This document shows positions 38,495 through 51,248 of a DNA stretch of 64,000 bases, piece after piece. Positions within the stretch are counted from its first letter, which is position 1. Each line of letters opens with the position of its first letter. The stretch is taken from the NCBI GenBank assembly GCA_040285855.1, contig JAUFOQ010000002.1, forward strand, positions 3,596,001 through 3,660,000. The letters are read 5' to 3'. Position numbers and translations under genes: made by a program. The notes beneath the pieces were generated by a model. It did no database searches, was not told the DNA's origin, and saw only the letters and a list, made by a program, of their open reading frames with translations. Source of the stretch: Eukaryota sp. GEM-RC1. Taxonomy: Eukaryota.

Positions 38495-41400
38495 ATGGCT
38501 CTTAATCAATCGGAGGTTGAGATTCCTGAAACATATGTTGGTCAAACATCTTCTGTTATTGTTGTTCTCTCTAATGATTCCTTTAACACCGCTCATTTTA
38601 CATTTTTCTCACAAGCTTCACCTGAAGATGACGAGCAGTTCTACAACAGCTTGTTAAATAGTTCTTCCACCATCCTTTCTCCTGAAGAAGCTATCCTCTT
38701 CAGACACCCCAACTTCTCAATCTCACCACTTCAAGGAAAACTGTATCCTAAATCATCCGTTCAGATCATGATCACGTTTTCACCTGACCATGATGGTCAC
38801 TTTACAACAACTGCTCACTACTCTCTTGGTTCCTCCCGCCTTCCCCTAACTTTTGTATGCTGTTGGACTTGGACCTTCTGTAACCGTTGCTCCATCGTCC
38901 GTCTCTCTCCCGGATCTCTCTTGGTCTTACCCAACCTCCTGTACTCTCTCCTTTTCCAATGCTTCACCCATTCCAGCTAGACTTGCCATACAACCACACC
39001 CTCATTCCCATGTCTGGTTTGATCCCTCATCTTTCTTGATTGAGTCTAACGGTAGTAGTGAAGTTGAGGTATGCTACAATCCAAGAGTTTTAGGAAAGTT
39101 TAGTCAAATGTTTAATTTTGCTGTTAGTGGTGTTGACAAAGTTTTAGATGTTGAGCTTCATGGAAACGTCAACCTTCCTGATTTTGAACTATCAGAGTCG
39201 GATATCGACTTTGGTGACGTTTCGTTAGGTTTCTCCTCAAAAAAGTCCATTTCTATAGTAAATAATTCTCCCATTGATGTTGAGTTCATTCTTTCAATCA
39301 AATCTGATGGCTCTTTTCTTCGCAAGGAGTTTGATATTGAACCTAGTCTAATTCGACTAAAACCCCATCACTCAGACACGTTTACTGTCACATTCTTGCC
39401 GATTTCAGCAGGTCATCGTCATAATGAGCTCTTGATTGGGATTACTGACCTGTCCAATCAAATCATGCACCTTCCCATTTCAGCACAAGTTATTGTCCCT
39501 GAACTCACAGTCGAAAAACAATTTTTTAATTTTGATGAATTATTTATTAAGCACCCCTTTAAATTCTCCTTTCAGATTCATAATCCTACTTCCTTGTACA
39601 GTAGATTCTCTATTCAACATCCACCCGTAGGTCTGACTAGCATTGTGAAAGTGGAAACGTTTCCTTCTGCTGGAGTGGTTGGAGGCAATCAATCAATTCA
39701 GATTGATGTTGTTCTGACCCCTTTCCAAATTGGTCCTTGTAAAACCTCAATTAGAGTGGATAGCGTTGGTAGTTTATGTGAGAATGATGATAGTTCTCGT
39801 CATAGTCAACAGATTGAGTTTAGTTTCTCAGGTCGAGGACCCTTGCTTTCTGTTTCTCCAAGTGAAATTGATTTCCAATCAATCCGACTTCTGAAAGAGG
39901 AAGCTGAACAATTGACAATCAGAAATGATGGTTTGATTCCTGCTGTTATTAGTTGTTACATTCCTGACAAAAGCTGTAAAATTTTAAAAAAGAAGCACTC
40001 AAGATTACCAAAGAACTTTATTATTCCACCTCCCTTTTCCCTGTCACAGTCAGAGTTTACAATTCCTCCTGGAAGCGACTTTTCCATTGATGTAGTGGCT
40101 GTCCTTGCTGACGCGATGGGATTCACTGATAGTGCTGTGATTGTTGTTGATTCAGCTGATGACATCATCGTTCCAATCAAAGCACGTGGAGTTGGTGTTC
40201 CACTGTATTTCTGTGACATGGAACTCGACAGTAACAATCAAGCTGTGATTGATTTTGACCATGTAATCACTCACTCTAAATCACAGCAAATGATTAGAGT
40301 CGAAAATAGAGGATTTTCATCTCAATCACTTTCTTGGTCGTTTGATGCTGATGACTCTGCTTTTGTTGTTAAACCTCTGCGTGCAACTTTAGAACCTTTG
40401 CATTTTCAGATATTTTCTATTAGCGCTCTTTCTGAGACGGAAGTCAATCAAGAACGTGTACTTTCCTGTTTATGCTCCACTCCATCAGCTCCCTCTGGAA
40501 AGGCGGCTGATTTCATTCTGAAAGCTAATTTTCAACGACCTCTGCTAGAAGTGTCTGCAGAATCAATCAATTTTGATTATGTCTGGACACGTGATGACTG
40601 CAATCCGCAACCACAGTTTGTGAGCTTTAATTTAACAAATTCTTCCAAAATCCCTCTAAGTTGTAGTCTGTACTTACCTATAGTTTCTGGATTGACATTT
40701 GATGATGGTAGCAGAGACTTGACACATATTGAACTGATACCTGACGAATCATATGATGTCACTGTTTGTCTTGATTTTGACCACATAACTCAATCACGAC
40801 AGACACTTTCTTTTCCGAATCAATCATTATTGATTATTGCAATCATCCCAAAAAGGACAAAATACCGCTACAAATTTCCGTGTCCTACCCTGGACTATCG
40901 TTCCCAACAACTTCGGTTAATTTTGGAGGAACTCTTGCAAATATTAAAAAGATGATTATGAATACCGTCACAAACACCACTCAATGCCACGTCAGTGCTG
41001 TGTTTTCTCTTATTGGTGATGACGATGGTACTATCCGACCTAAAACGCCTGGTAATTTAACTGTAAATCCAGCTGATATCTTCTTTTGTTCACCAGTTTC
41101 CTTTGAGTTAGAACCCAATCAATCAAAAGAGGTTGTCTTTGAGTTTATGCCTTCCGCTTTGGGCCAGTATGATTGTGGTATGATTTGTGACATTGAAGGA
41201 ACCAATTATGTTGAATTGACACTTACTGGATTTGCTGGAGCACTGGATTACAAAATTGATGATGTGATCGATTTTGACTGTCTTTTAATTGGTGATGTTG
41301 CTAGCAAGGAAGTTTTAATCACAAACACAGGCAGTCTTGCACTTGATTTTAAAATTCAAAATTCTTCCTCTAAATATTTCAATATTTCACCTACCAAAGG

Positions 41401-44400
41401 CAGTGTTAAACCCAGACAAACAAAGAGACTTTCTGTTAAGTTTACTCCTTTCAATCACGTTTCGGTGTTTAAACACGAGTTTATTGTATCGTTTAATGAT
41501 GTCTTAAGTCATGCTGTCAATGTTTCTGGTTCTGCGTGTTTCTCAAGACTCTTCACGTCATTGCCATTGGTGATGGACAATTTAAATATTTCTGCTGTCG
41601 TTGACTCTCTTACAAGTCTTCAGAATGAATTCGGACCAGAAGTATTTAAAACTTCAATTTTCAGTATTTTCTCAAGCCTTTTCAATGATCAGAAGGTATT
41701 TGAAAGTTACACCAATAATTTATTTTCCGATTCCCAAGTACTATCCGGAACTGAACGTCTTCTATTTCTTGATGGCCAGTCCAAAAGAAGTCTCGGGGGA
41801 CCTCCTTTATACACATTTAATTTAGAGTTTGGGTTCTTGCCGCCAAATTCTGTAAAAGAAATTGAGTATATATTTTATAATACCGGAATAGCTCCCGTTT
41901 CTGCCAATTTTTCTCCTAAGGCTTTGAAGTCGCTGACTCGTCATGGAATTACCTTATATCCTGAGAAAATTTCTAAATTGCCACCTGGAGAGCAGGTTCA
42001 ATGCAAGGCTGTCTTCAACTATGATGACTTTTTGAAAAATATTAAATCCTCCCAGTTAAATTTCCCTTTTTCTTTCTCGGATTCCTTTACTGTTGCTCTT
42101 AATAACGGAGGGTCTTATGAATTTAAAACTTCATACTCTGTCGACTATCCAAAAATTGAAATTCTCACCAATGATGTTGATTTTGATATTCTTTCTTTGG
42201 GTGAGGCTAAGGAAATACAAGGTGTTTGTTTGAGGAATACCTCTGCTGTACCTGCAGATGTTACTATGAAAATTTTAAAATTTGTTGAATCAAATATTTC
42301 GTCCGCGCCCTTCTCAGTCTGTCCTGACAAGTATTCCCCTTTCCGTATTGGTAGTCCTAGTAACACTGTTAATGTTCCTCCTTTTACGACTGTCATGGTC
42401 CCTATTCAATTTTGCCCCTTAAAATCAAGTGATTGTTCCGCACGAATGTCACTCAGTTTAATGGGTAAAACAATAGGATCCGTGAACTTGACTGGAAAGG
42501 TTATCGGTGTCGACATTGATTTTGATCCTTCGTCAGTAGACTTTGGAGTCATTGAAGAGGATGAACTGTCTGAAACTCTACAGGGCTCGTTTACGGTTAA
42601 AAACCCGTCTGATAATGACCTTGAACTCTTCTGCCCTCAATCAATTGATGATTATCATCAATTTGTTAACAACTTCATGTCAAACGCCATTGAACCGGAG
42701 TTTTCTCTACTTTTCTGTCCAAATGATGAGGAATTTGACCTCCCAGAACCGCGTTTGTTTTCTTCCACTCTTCGTCAATTAATATTCTTAGAGTTTCAGA
42801 ATAGATTTGAACTTTCTCAGAAGAATCCAGACTACACCCCAGTTCCCAAGAAGAGCAAGAGGTCAAAATCAACTGAGCCGACATCTGTTGCTCCTGAGTA
42901 TATACCTGTTTCAACAGTGAATTTAATATCTGAAGGTACTGAAGAGTTCTTCTTCTCTGTTGAATCCAATTTGACTCAAAATTTCAAAATTCCCTTCTTT
43001 TTATCAAGGTTTCCTTTTGTTCCTCTTGATTTCATTGTCAAGTATTCTCTACCTGAACCAGAACCAGAAGTTGAACCTGTCGTGGTTGAACCAGTTCCAG
43101 AAGTGAAAAGAACTGAGACGAAGGAAGAGATCCCTGAAATTTCTGAATTATTTAATATTGATGTAGGCAATGTAAACTTTGGTCGAGTTTTGTCACGAAC
43201 TCAAAATTTCCAGAAAGTTTTAATTTCAAATTTAGCTCCAAAACCAATCCAACTTTCTATTAATATTCCAGAAGATTTACAGGAAGTTTTATCAGTAATG
43301 GAAGGTGATACGATTCCAATCAAATCAAAGGGGTCGAAAATTGTTCAATTCTGCTTTTCATCACGTGATTCATTCGATTTACTAGCAGACGTGATGATTT
43401 CTGCTTCTTTCCTAAAAGAACAGTCCGATTTGATTGATGAAAAGTCGGTGTCTGTTGAAGGAGAGTCGTACGTCATCAATGTCGACGTCAATGTACCTGT
43501 TCAATCAAAGGATCAAGTTGATGTGATTGATTTTGGTGATGTGAGAGTTGGTGAAAAACACACCGTCCCAATCAAAATCACCAATAAGGGCAAGTATCCG
43601 GTTGATGGTGAATTTTCCTTTAAAAAAGCATTCAAAAGCTTTTCGCTACTTCCTAAATCGTTTACGCTAGCTCCTGCCGAGTCAATCATTTCCTATTGTG
43701 TCTTTTCAGCTCAAAAATCGGGCTCTCTCAAATCAGATTTGATGGCTCTTTATCTCTGTGATTCAGAGTTGAAGGTCATGACGTCACCGATTGGTTTTAA
43801 GGTGAGATTAAACGCTGAAGATCCCAAGTATTATTCAAATGTTCCAAATTCTTTGAATTTTGGTATTGTTGAACCAAATACTGCTTCAGAACGAGAAATT
43901 TCCTTTGAGAATCGTGGCAAGAAGGCTTTTCTTGTTCAATTTTCAAATATCCGTGATTTTTCTGAAGATTGGTCTATTGAACCTGACATTCCTGCTGAAA
44001 TTGAAAAACCTGTAGAAAAGGGAAAATCAAAAGCTAACGTACCCACTACCAAACCTCAAATTGATCGACCTAATATGATTTCTCAATGCGGAAGCTTTGA
44101 TTTACCTAATTTCGTAAAACAATTTTCAAATTCTCTCTCATTTGATGGGTTTAGTCTGACTAGTTCCTGTGTACTGGTGAATCCTGGTGAAGAAATTAAT
44201 GTTTCAATTTCTTTCAAAGCTTCTTCCCCAGTAGACCAAACTGTTCCTATGTATTTTAAAATTTCTGGAATTTCTAGTGTATTTTCAACTGATCTTTCTG
44301 TAACTGTTGATCTTCCCAAAATTTCAAATAATCCGCTAGATTTTGCCAATCATTTGACTATCTTCCACACGCTACCTTCATCTATTTTGCATCCGTCACT

Positions 44401-46483
44401 TTTCTGTACTGAAGATAATTCTATATACTTCAAACCTATTCTATTTTTACCTTCCTTAAGCGAAAATTCTGAGAATATTGAACTTTTGAACGAGTTTCCT
44501 ATGAGTGTTAACACTTCGGATACTATTGTGAAATTATTTAATAATTCTAGCGTGGACTGTGCGGTTAAAGTTGCTCTTTCATCACAAAAAGCTGAAAAAT
44601 CTAAAGGAAAACAGGACAAGTCGGTCTTTTCCACTACTATTTCTGATATCAATATATCTGCTAATTCTTCTGTAGAGGTTCCCATCACCTGTGATTTAAC
44701 AGCTCCAGGTGAGTTTTCTGGACAATTGACTGCCTCGATTGTTAACCCTGATGGCAAGTATAATGATTGTCTTGATTTGATTGATGATTTTGTTGTTAGT
44801 TTCCGTGCAGTTGGTGTCAGTCCAAAATTGGAAATATTTCACAATGACGAACTATTGGAATTTTCTGGAAAAAAGACTCCAGAATTGAAATTTTCAAAAC
44901 TGTTCCTGGGAAGATCTCAAACACGTGTTTATTCACTCAAAAACCCAACAGACCTTCCATTTATTGTTAATTGCTCAATCAAAGACTCATCATCCCTACC
45001 TTTTTCGATTGATGGTGATTGTGTTGAGATTGTACTACTTCCACAGTCAGAAAAGGCTGTCCCGTTAGTGTTCAGACCATCTACTGTTGGTGTCTTCAAT
45101 TCTGAGGTAACGTTTTCTGTTTTTGGAACAAATTTTAAAAATTCCATGAAAATTTCTGGTGAAAGTATTGATGCTGATATTGAATTCGTTGGTTCTAATG
45201 AAGAGAATCTTATTGATTTAGGTGAATCTATCTTAGGCTCAACTCTTTCCAAACAATTTAAAATTTTGAACAAATCTTCAAATATGGTTCGTTATCAATT
45301 TGATCTCGCTTCTCTTGATTCTTCTGTTAAAATTACTCCATCTTCTGGACATATACTTCCAGGAAATTCATTTAAGGAAGTCCGTATTGATGTTAATCCA
45401 TCAGATGCTGACGTAGTTTTGAACCCCTTACCTCTTCAATATCAATCAATAGAGCTCACCGATCAATCACTCAACTTGAGTTCACCGTTTGGTTCTGGGT
45501 GGGATAATTCAATTACTGAGCCCAAAGTGATGACGTCAGCAGAGTTCAAGGATCTTACAGAAAAGAAAGTAGAGAAAGTATCTAAAAAGAAAGAATCAAA
45601 ACCAAAGGCAAAATCTAATGCTCAAAATATTTCGAAACTTTTAAATATTGAGCAACCAGAAGGAGATCCTGATGAAGTTCAATGTTTTGATGTTCCGGTG
45701 GCTGAACCAGAATTTACTGATTTAAAAAACAATGGACAATTACCACTGAGTTTGTCCTTTTCAACTGACAAACGAATCTATGAATGTGAAATTTCTGGTA
45801 GTATTAAATTCCGTCAAACTTTGTTGTTTCAAAGTAGAGTGTTTTCTTTCGAAGTCAGTAATCCATCTAAAATCACGTTACCAATGACGTGGAAGTTTTA
45901 TAATGACAATGACCTAGAAGATCCTCAGTATTATTCGATTTCACCATCCTCAACTGTTATTAAACCTGGTAAATCGGAACAGTTTGTTCTAAAGTTCCAT
46001 CCGACCGCTCCTGAACTCAACTTTTCACGGACACTTCACGCTGATATCCCTTCGTTATCCCCTAATTGCCACCCATTGTCATTTGCTGTTGACGCAGCGA
46101 TATCGAGACCTATTTGTTACTTTGACATGGGATCATTAGATCAAAGTTCTGATAGTTTTAAAAAGTTGCTGGAAGGAAATCAGGGGGCACATGGTATCGT
46201 CATTAAAGCAATCAAAGTTGGAGTGGCAAAGGAAGTTTCCTTTTATGTTCTTAATCCAACTGATCGTGATTATGATTTTGTCTGGCAGAGTGAAGACAAT
46301 CCGGGACCAATCAAATGTATCACTCGCCAAGGAATGATTGCAAAGGGAAAGAAATTTAAAATGATATTTGCTTTTAAACCAGAGAATTTGATCAGTGTTT
46401 CTGAACGTGTTTTTAAGTTTGTTATTCCAAGCAGGGGTATTGATGAACCATTTTTGGTCCGAGGAGAAATAGCGCCTAATTAA
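38495..46483 (+). CDS. HYDIN: Hydin-like central-pair protein (tandem ASH/Ig-like domains, ~2660 aa), two apparent frameshifts
   Basis: Many (I/V)DFG.V....I.N repeats; hydin-like motifs DFGDVSLGF, YCNHPKKD, GWDN, FRQTLLFQSRVF, FYVLNPT..DY.F.W; shifts at T runs ~38850 and ~40810. Confidence 0.85.
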
Positions 46484-47349
46484 TTTGTATTATATAACTG
46501 TATCGGACAAGTTGAATTGTCTCTTTTTAAATTTGTTGTTAATTTCAAGAATTAACTACTGCATTATTGGGCTTCTATTAAGATAGTTAGTCAAATTATA
46601 AATTATCATGTATTTTTGCTCCAATTGAAGTTTTTAAACAAATCTCATCGTTATCTATCACATTAAGGTTCCAATAATTTCAACCCTATATTGAGACCTT
46701 GAATTTACAGGATCATTTCTATTAATCAACTACTTTCGCATGTTGATCACTCTGTAGTCTCTGTATATCCTAGTAGAACATCAATTCTTCTTCTACTTCC
46801 GAAAAGAGAAGAGTGAATTGAACTGGGTAAATAATGTTCTTATTCAAACTCTATGAACTATACTATTGGATCATAGTCTTCTTAACATACTTGAATCGAA
46901 ACAGAGAGCGAATCGATTTTTCTGATGGATACTCATGCATTAAAAATAGATGATCAATTTAGAAGCTATTTCAGTTGTGTGGTTACGGAAAACTACTGAT
47001 AGTGGATAAAGAATCGATACTGGATATCTTAGCTGGATCCATTATATGATCATCATCATTCCATTAGCTGTTAATTATGGTAATGGATCATTATTATAAT
47101 GACAAAGAGAAAAAAACGGGGTTTATGATCATTCAGTGAATGACAAAAAGTAGTTGTACTTAGACTATCTGAGATCACTACACTACCGATTGATGTGAAT
47201 TTACGCAGAGTCGTTACACCATAGAAGGTTAGGTGAGTATCATGTGGAAAACCATAATCAAATTGATAAGACGGGGGAACAACTACAGTAAATGAAATAT
47301 CAATAAAATTGAAAACTTCAATATATTCGGAATATCTACATGTACTGTC

Positions 47350-47900
47350 TACTGATGGTAACCCTTGGATCTGGCTCTTTCAGGATCTAAGAATGTTCTA
47401 GAATTGTCCTCCAAGTCAATCTCTACTCCACCTGGAGGTGCCTTTCCTCCTCCTAGTTCCTCAGGGATCATTCTACCTCCCTCATAGATCACTTTCTTTC
47501 CTGATTCCCTGTGTCCAAGATGTTTCATTTCGCGGAACTCTTCAAGTCTTTCTGTGTCAAATGGGCCATATTCCTCTATTGATTGATTATCAAAGTTGAC
47601 GAGACATCCACCGGCAGGACATTTTCCAAGGTTGAATGGCAGAATGGTACCACTACTGTTAGAGATTTGAGTTCATACCCTTCATAGAATCTGGTGCTGC
47701 TTGATCTTTTTTGCTCTCTTGATGACATTGCTTGAGAAAATCTACCAACTGTAGTAGATGTTTGCTATTTAATGTTCACCGGATATCTGTTGTCGAAGAT
47801 ATCAATAATGATCACGTTGATTCAAATGGCTTTCTGCGTGCCATTTTCATGGTCTTTGAGTTGACTTGTCTTCATTTCATCAATCAGAGACCACTTTGGT
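47350..47900 (-). pseudogene. Degraded ORF of unknown family with Gly/Pro-rich repeats
   Basis: Minus-strand segments GTILPFNLGKCPAGGCLVNF and IYEGGRMIPEELGGGKAPPGGVEIDL, interrupted by stops and shifts. Confidence 0.3.
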
Positions 47901-48692
47901 GTTGAGTTTCTTCACTTTTCTGGATAAAAACAAAAAGATATGATATGGTACGTGACATGATTTAGCGAAACACAGTCAAGACATCAACAACATTTGCAAC
48001 AGATATTATTAATTACCTCCAAAAAAAAGGATCGCATTTGTGCAATTAATGTATGCAACATGTTACAGAAAATATTTTATGAGACCTGGTTAAACACATA
48101 GAAATAAACATCAAACATGTATCATCTTTAATCATCTTCCACAGGGACAGGTTGTTGAATCATAGAAAACTTGTTTCATTAGCACACATGTTTGAAATCG
48201 AAAGGGCAAAAATAATCAAACAAGTTGCCAGTTGTATCACATGTCGTTGCTCACCAATGACCCATCAAACCAGGTACATTATAAGTTTAGATAGTGGAAG
48301 CAAAGTACTAAGATACAATTATCAACCTCATCTACATTCAATCAAAAACTAGGCATAAATCATAGCGGCAGGCCCATGTCGTTCACTATTACTATGTCGA
48401 AAGCATGGCTGAAGATAAAGCAAGCGGCACAAACAGTTCTAGCAGACTAAATACGACTGCACTATAGTGTGAAGATGTCATAAAATTCAGCACCATCCAT
48501 AGGTGACAAGTGATATCTAAGGTTGAGAAGATCAACGAAAAAGGTTGTGTACAGGATAGAAAGAGTATTATTGAAGAAAGAACCACAAAAGAATCCATTG
48601 AAAGCTGTTGGTACGGGGCATGACGATAGATCTGAAGAACGACCAACACAAATCAAGTTGTTTGACATCTTTTCACCTAAAAACTTTTCTTA

Positions 48693-49373
48693 ATGGGTGA
48701 CGATCAAAACGAATGCTTATACAAAATTCTAGTAGTTGGCGACCCTGCTGTGGGCAAAGTTTGTCTCTATATCTCCTTCTTGTCGTAGACTTCCATCATC
48801 AAGCGATACGTGCACAAAATGTTCTCTCCTCATTACAAATCAACGGTACGGTTTTTCTTCTCTCTTTTCTAATCCTTGATTGGCCTAGACTTTGCCTTGA
48901 AAATCCTCAATATTGATGACAACACAATCTTTAAGCTTCAGTTCTGGGATATCGGCGGTCAGGAACGCTTCGGCCAAATGACTTCACTGTACTATCGGGA
49001 AGCTGTTGGCGCTCTTGTAGTTTTTGATATCACCAGACAAGCAACCTTTTCAGCAGTACAGAAATGGAAGGCCGATATTGATGCCAAAGTTTGTCTTCCT
49101 AATGATGAACCCATCCCGGTCATATTACTTGCAAATAAGTCTGATTTAGTAAAGCAAAACTTGGATAGGTCTAGAATGGATGCATTTTGTAAGGAACATA
49201 ATTTCGCTGGGTGGTTTGCTACTTCCGCTCGTGATGATGTTGGTATTAATGACGCTTGTAAATTTTTGGTTGAAAAAATCCGTGAAAACGATGAGTCAAA
49301 AGACAGTGCCGACGAATATACTGTAGTTGTACCAAATTTATCTGAACAGAACTCGGGAGGATGCTCCTGTTAA
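48693..49373 (+). CDS. RAB32: Rab32/38-like small GTPase; introns 48759-48788 and 48846-48878
   Basis: Spliced: LYKILVVGDPAVGK|TSIIKRYVH..FS.HYKST|IGLDFALK; WDIGGQERFG.MT, LLANKSD, GWFATSA, C-terminal CSC prenylation motif. Confidence 0.9.
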
Positions 49374-49427
49374 ATTTATTGTTGTTAATATTAGTCATAA
49401 ACATTTTTCTGTTGCGGTATATTACAG

Positions 49428-49774
49428 TTACTGAGAATAAGGTGATGAGACATGCCTCACAGATGCATTTCGATCCAGTAGTTTACACAGACGTTTTGAA
49501 GATTGTAGGTTGTTGTTGAAGGTTTCCATGGTTGCGAGTATCTCCTCCATTTTCTGTTTTTTGTCTTGTTTAAGTGCTCGAAGATGACGCAGTGGAGATG
49601 AGAAGAATTCTCCGTACTTCATTACACAACGTTCTGCCCATTCGATGTCTTTGTTCTAAAGTTAACAAGAACAGGGCAAACAATTTCTTTCAGTTCTTCA
49701 TTCAGAACATCAAAATGGCCTTCTAGTGTGGATAGTACAGAAAGTAGCTCTGACTTTGTAGCGTCAGGATCCAT
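49428..49774 (-). CDS. Small coiled-coil hypothetical protein (106 aa), one 26-nt intron (49656-49681)
   Basis: ATG at 49774; removing GTTTGC...TTAACTTTAG joins MDPDATKSELL..LKEI to NKDIEWAERCVMKYGEF in frame. Confidence 0.7.
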
Positions 49775-49844
49775 TAAGCAGATATTTTTGGTTCAAATAC
49801 AATCACTTATCGCTCACACCACTTCCTTTTGTTGTCCACACTAT

Positions 49845-50500
49845 ATGAGTCAGCACATTAGACTGACAGATCAAAGTCTTACTGATGTTCCAAGTATTCC
49901 TCAATCATGTGAGACTCTGTATCTATTTGGAAACAAACTCACTTCAATCACACTTTCTTTACCTTTGCTTACTATACTACACCTTCAAGAAAATCAATTG
50001 TCTAGTATTGACGTAGAGCAATGCAAACTACTTGTTAAACTGTACATTGATAACAATTGTATTTCTACCTTAAGTTTACCACCGCTGGTGGAAGAACTCT
50101 CTTTAGCCTATCAATCTGTTCCTTTTGATCTATTTCTTCTCCCAACACTTTCAAATCTATCAATTCTTGATGTCTCTTTCTGTCATCTGACTGATTTATC
50201 TCCATTGTCTTCATTTTCTGCTCTACGTTCACTCACTGCAAAAGGTAATCTCATTGACCGCCTCTCTGCAGTATCTGCTCTTGCAGACCTCCTCCTTACC
50301 GTTCTAGATCTCTCTGGCAATCCTCTCTGTGCCACCAGGCATTATCGTGAGGAAACAGTGTTCTTTTCAAGTCATTGTTGTCTTTAGATGATAAGGAGAT
50401 TACGGATAAGGAACGTATAATGTCAAATCGCTTGGTTGTTCATCGTTTTAAGAGAAATCGGGGATAGTGAATCAATTCAGAGTTCATATTGTAAATATTT
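49845..50500 (+). CDS. SDS22-type LRR protein, PPP1R42-like
   Basis: TLYLFGN, LHLQENQ, KLYIDNN, EELSLAYQ, LDLSGNPLC...HYRE, then (after a shift at ~50370) LRRcap L.LDDKEITDKER; 3' end uncertain. Confidence 0.7.
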
Positions 50501-50564
50501 AATTATTTTGGAAAAAATAACGCAACGTTATTTTATCTGTTGTAACATATTTCGACTGTTATTA

Positions 50565-51077
50565 TCAAAACTTCTTAACTTCAATTGTTCTCTTTGTACA
50601 TTGACCTATCTTTACAGGCATTTTTCTTGTCCTTCTACTAAACATTGTTCGTTCCTTTGCTTCTACAACTATTAATTCAGAGATTTCCCACCGTGTTAGG
50701 CCCAGTAGAATAGAAAGCACAAAAGAAACTACAATTGATAGGAAATAGACAAAACACTGAGATTGTGATATAGGTTTTATCGCTAAGGAAAGCTTCAGCA
50801 TGTAGATGTAGAGACAACCAAGTAGAAAATAGAAGAAAGAGCCTAGAACAGTTGTTATCCATTTACGACGTTTAACGAAGTAGTAGATGATAAGAAGTGA
50901 CAGGGAGAAGACTAAGCTGACATTAATGAGGTTGGCACTCAGTGGGAAAATTCTCACAAGGTAGTCAAGTAGAGACAACGAGAAGATGGTGAGAGCAACA
51001 GCAAATGATGTACAAAGAAAGAAGGAAGTTGATTGAACGTACTGGTCAAGATGAGACTGCACTAGCTCCCCTTGCAT
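50565..51077 (-). CDS. Hypothetical 4-TM membrane protein
   Basis: Open ORF from ATG (MQGELV) with four hydrophobic segments and a basic tail. Confidence 0.55.
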   Translation of the reverse strand: MQGELVQSHLDQYVQSTSFFLCTSFAVALTIFSLSLLDYLVRIFPLSANLINVSLVFSLSLLIIYYFVKRRKWITTVLGSFFYFLLGCLYIYMLKLSLAIKPISQSQCFVYFLSIVVSFVLSILLGLTRWEISELIVVEAKERTMFSRRTRKMPVKIGQCTKRTIEVKKF

Positions 51078-51168
51078 TAGGTGTAGGATCGTAGACAAAA
51101 GATGTCCTATTTGGAAGTCATCATTGCGAAAGCAGGGGTGTGAAAACAATCTGCTTTGTAGACCATGA

Positions 51169-51248
51169 CCAGTGCTTTACAAAAAAAATGGATATTTTTC
51201 ATAATCATATTCCAGTGCTTTACAAAAAAAATGGATATTTTTCCATAA
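51169..51248. repeat. 43-bp tandem duplication beginning CCAGTGCTT (hAT-end-like)
   Basis: ccagtgctttacaaaaaaaatggatattt at 51169 and 51212. Confidence 0.85.

Noticed and set aside
31584..46330. Short opposite-strand or alternate-frame ORFs inside ATR and hydin
   Set aside because: They are shadow ORFs of long coding regions with no recognisable motifs.
7010..46483. Euplotes-like programmed ribosomal frameshifting or RNA editing in long genes
   Set aside because: Shifts go in both directions, have no common stop-adjacent motif, sit at homopolymers, and occur at about the same rate as the homopolymer differences between the tandem copies.
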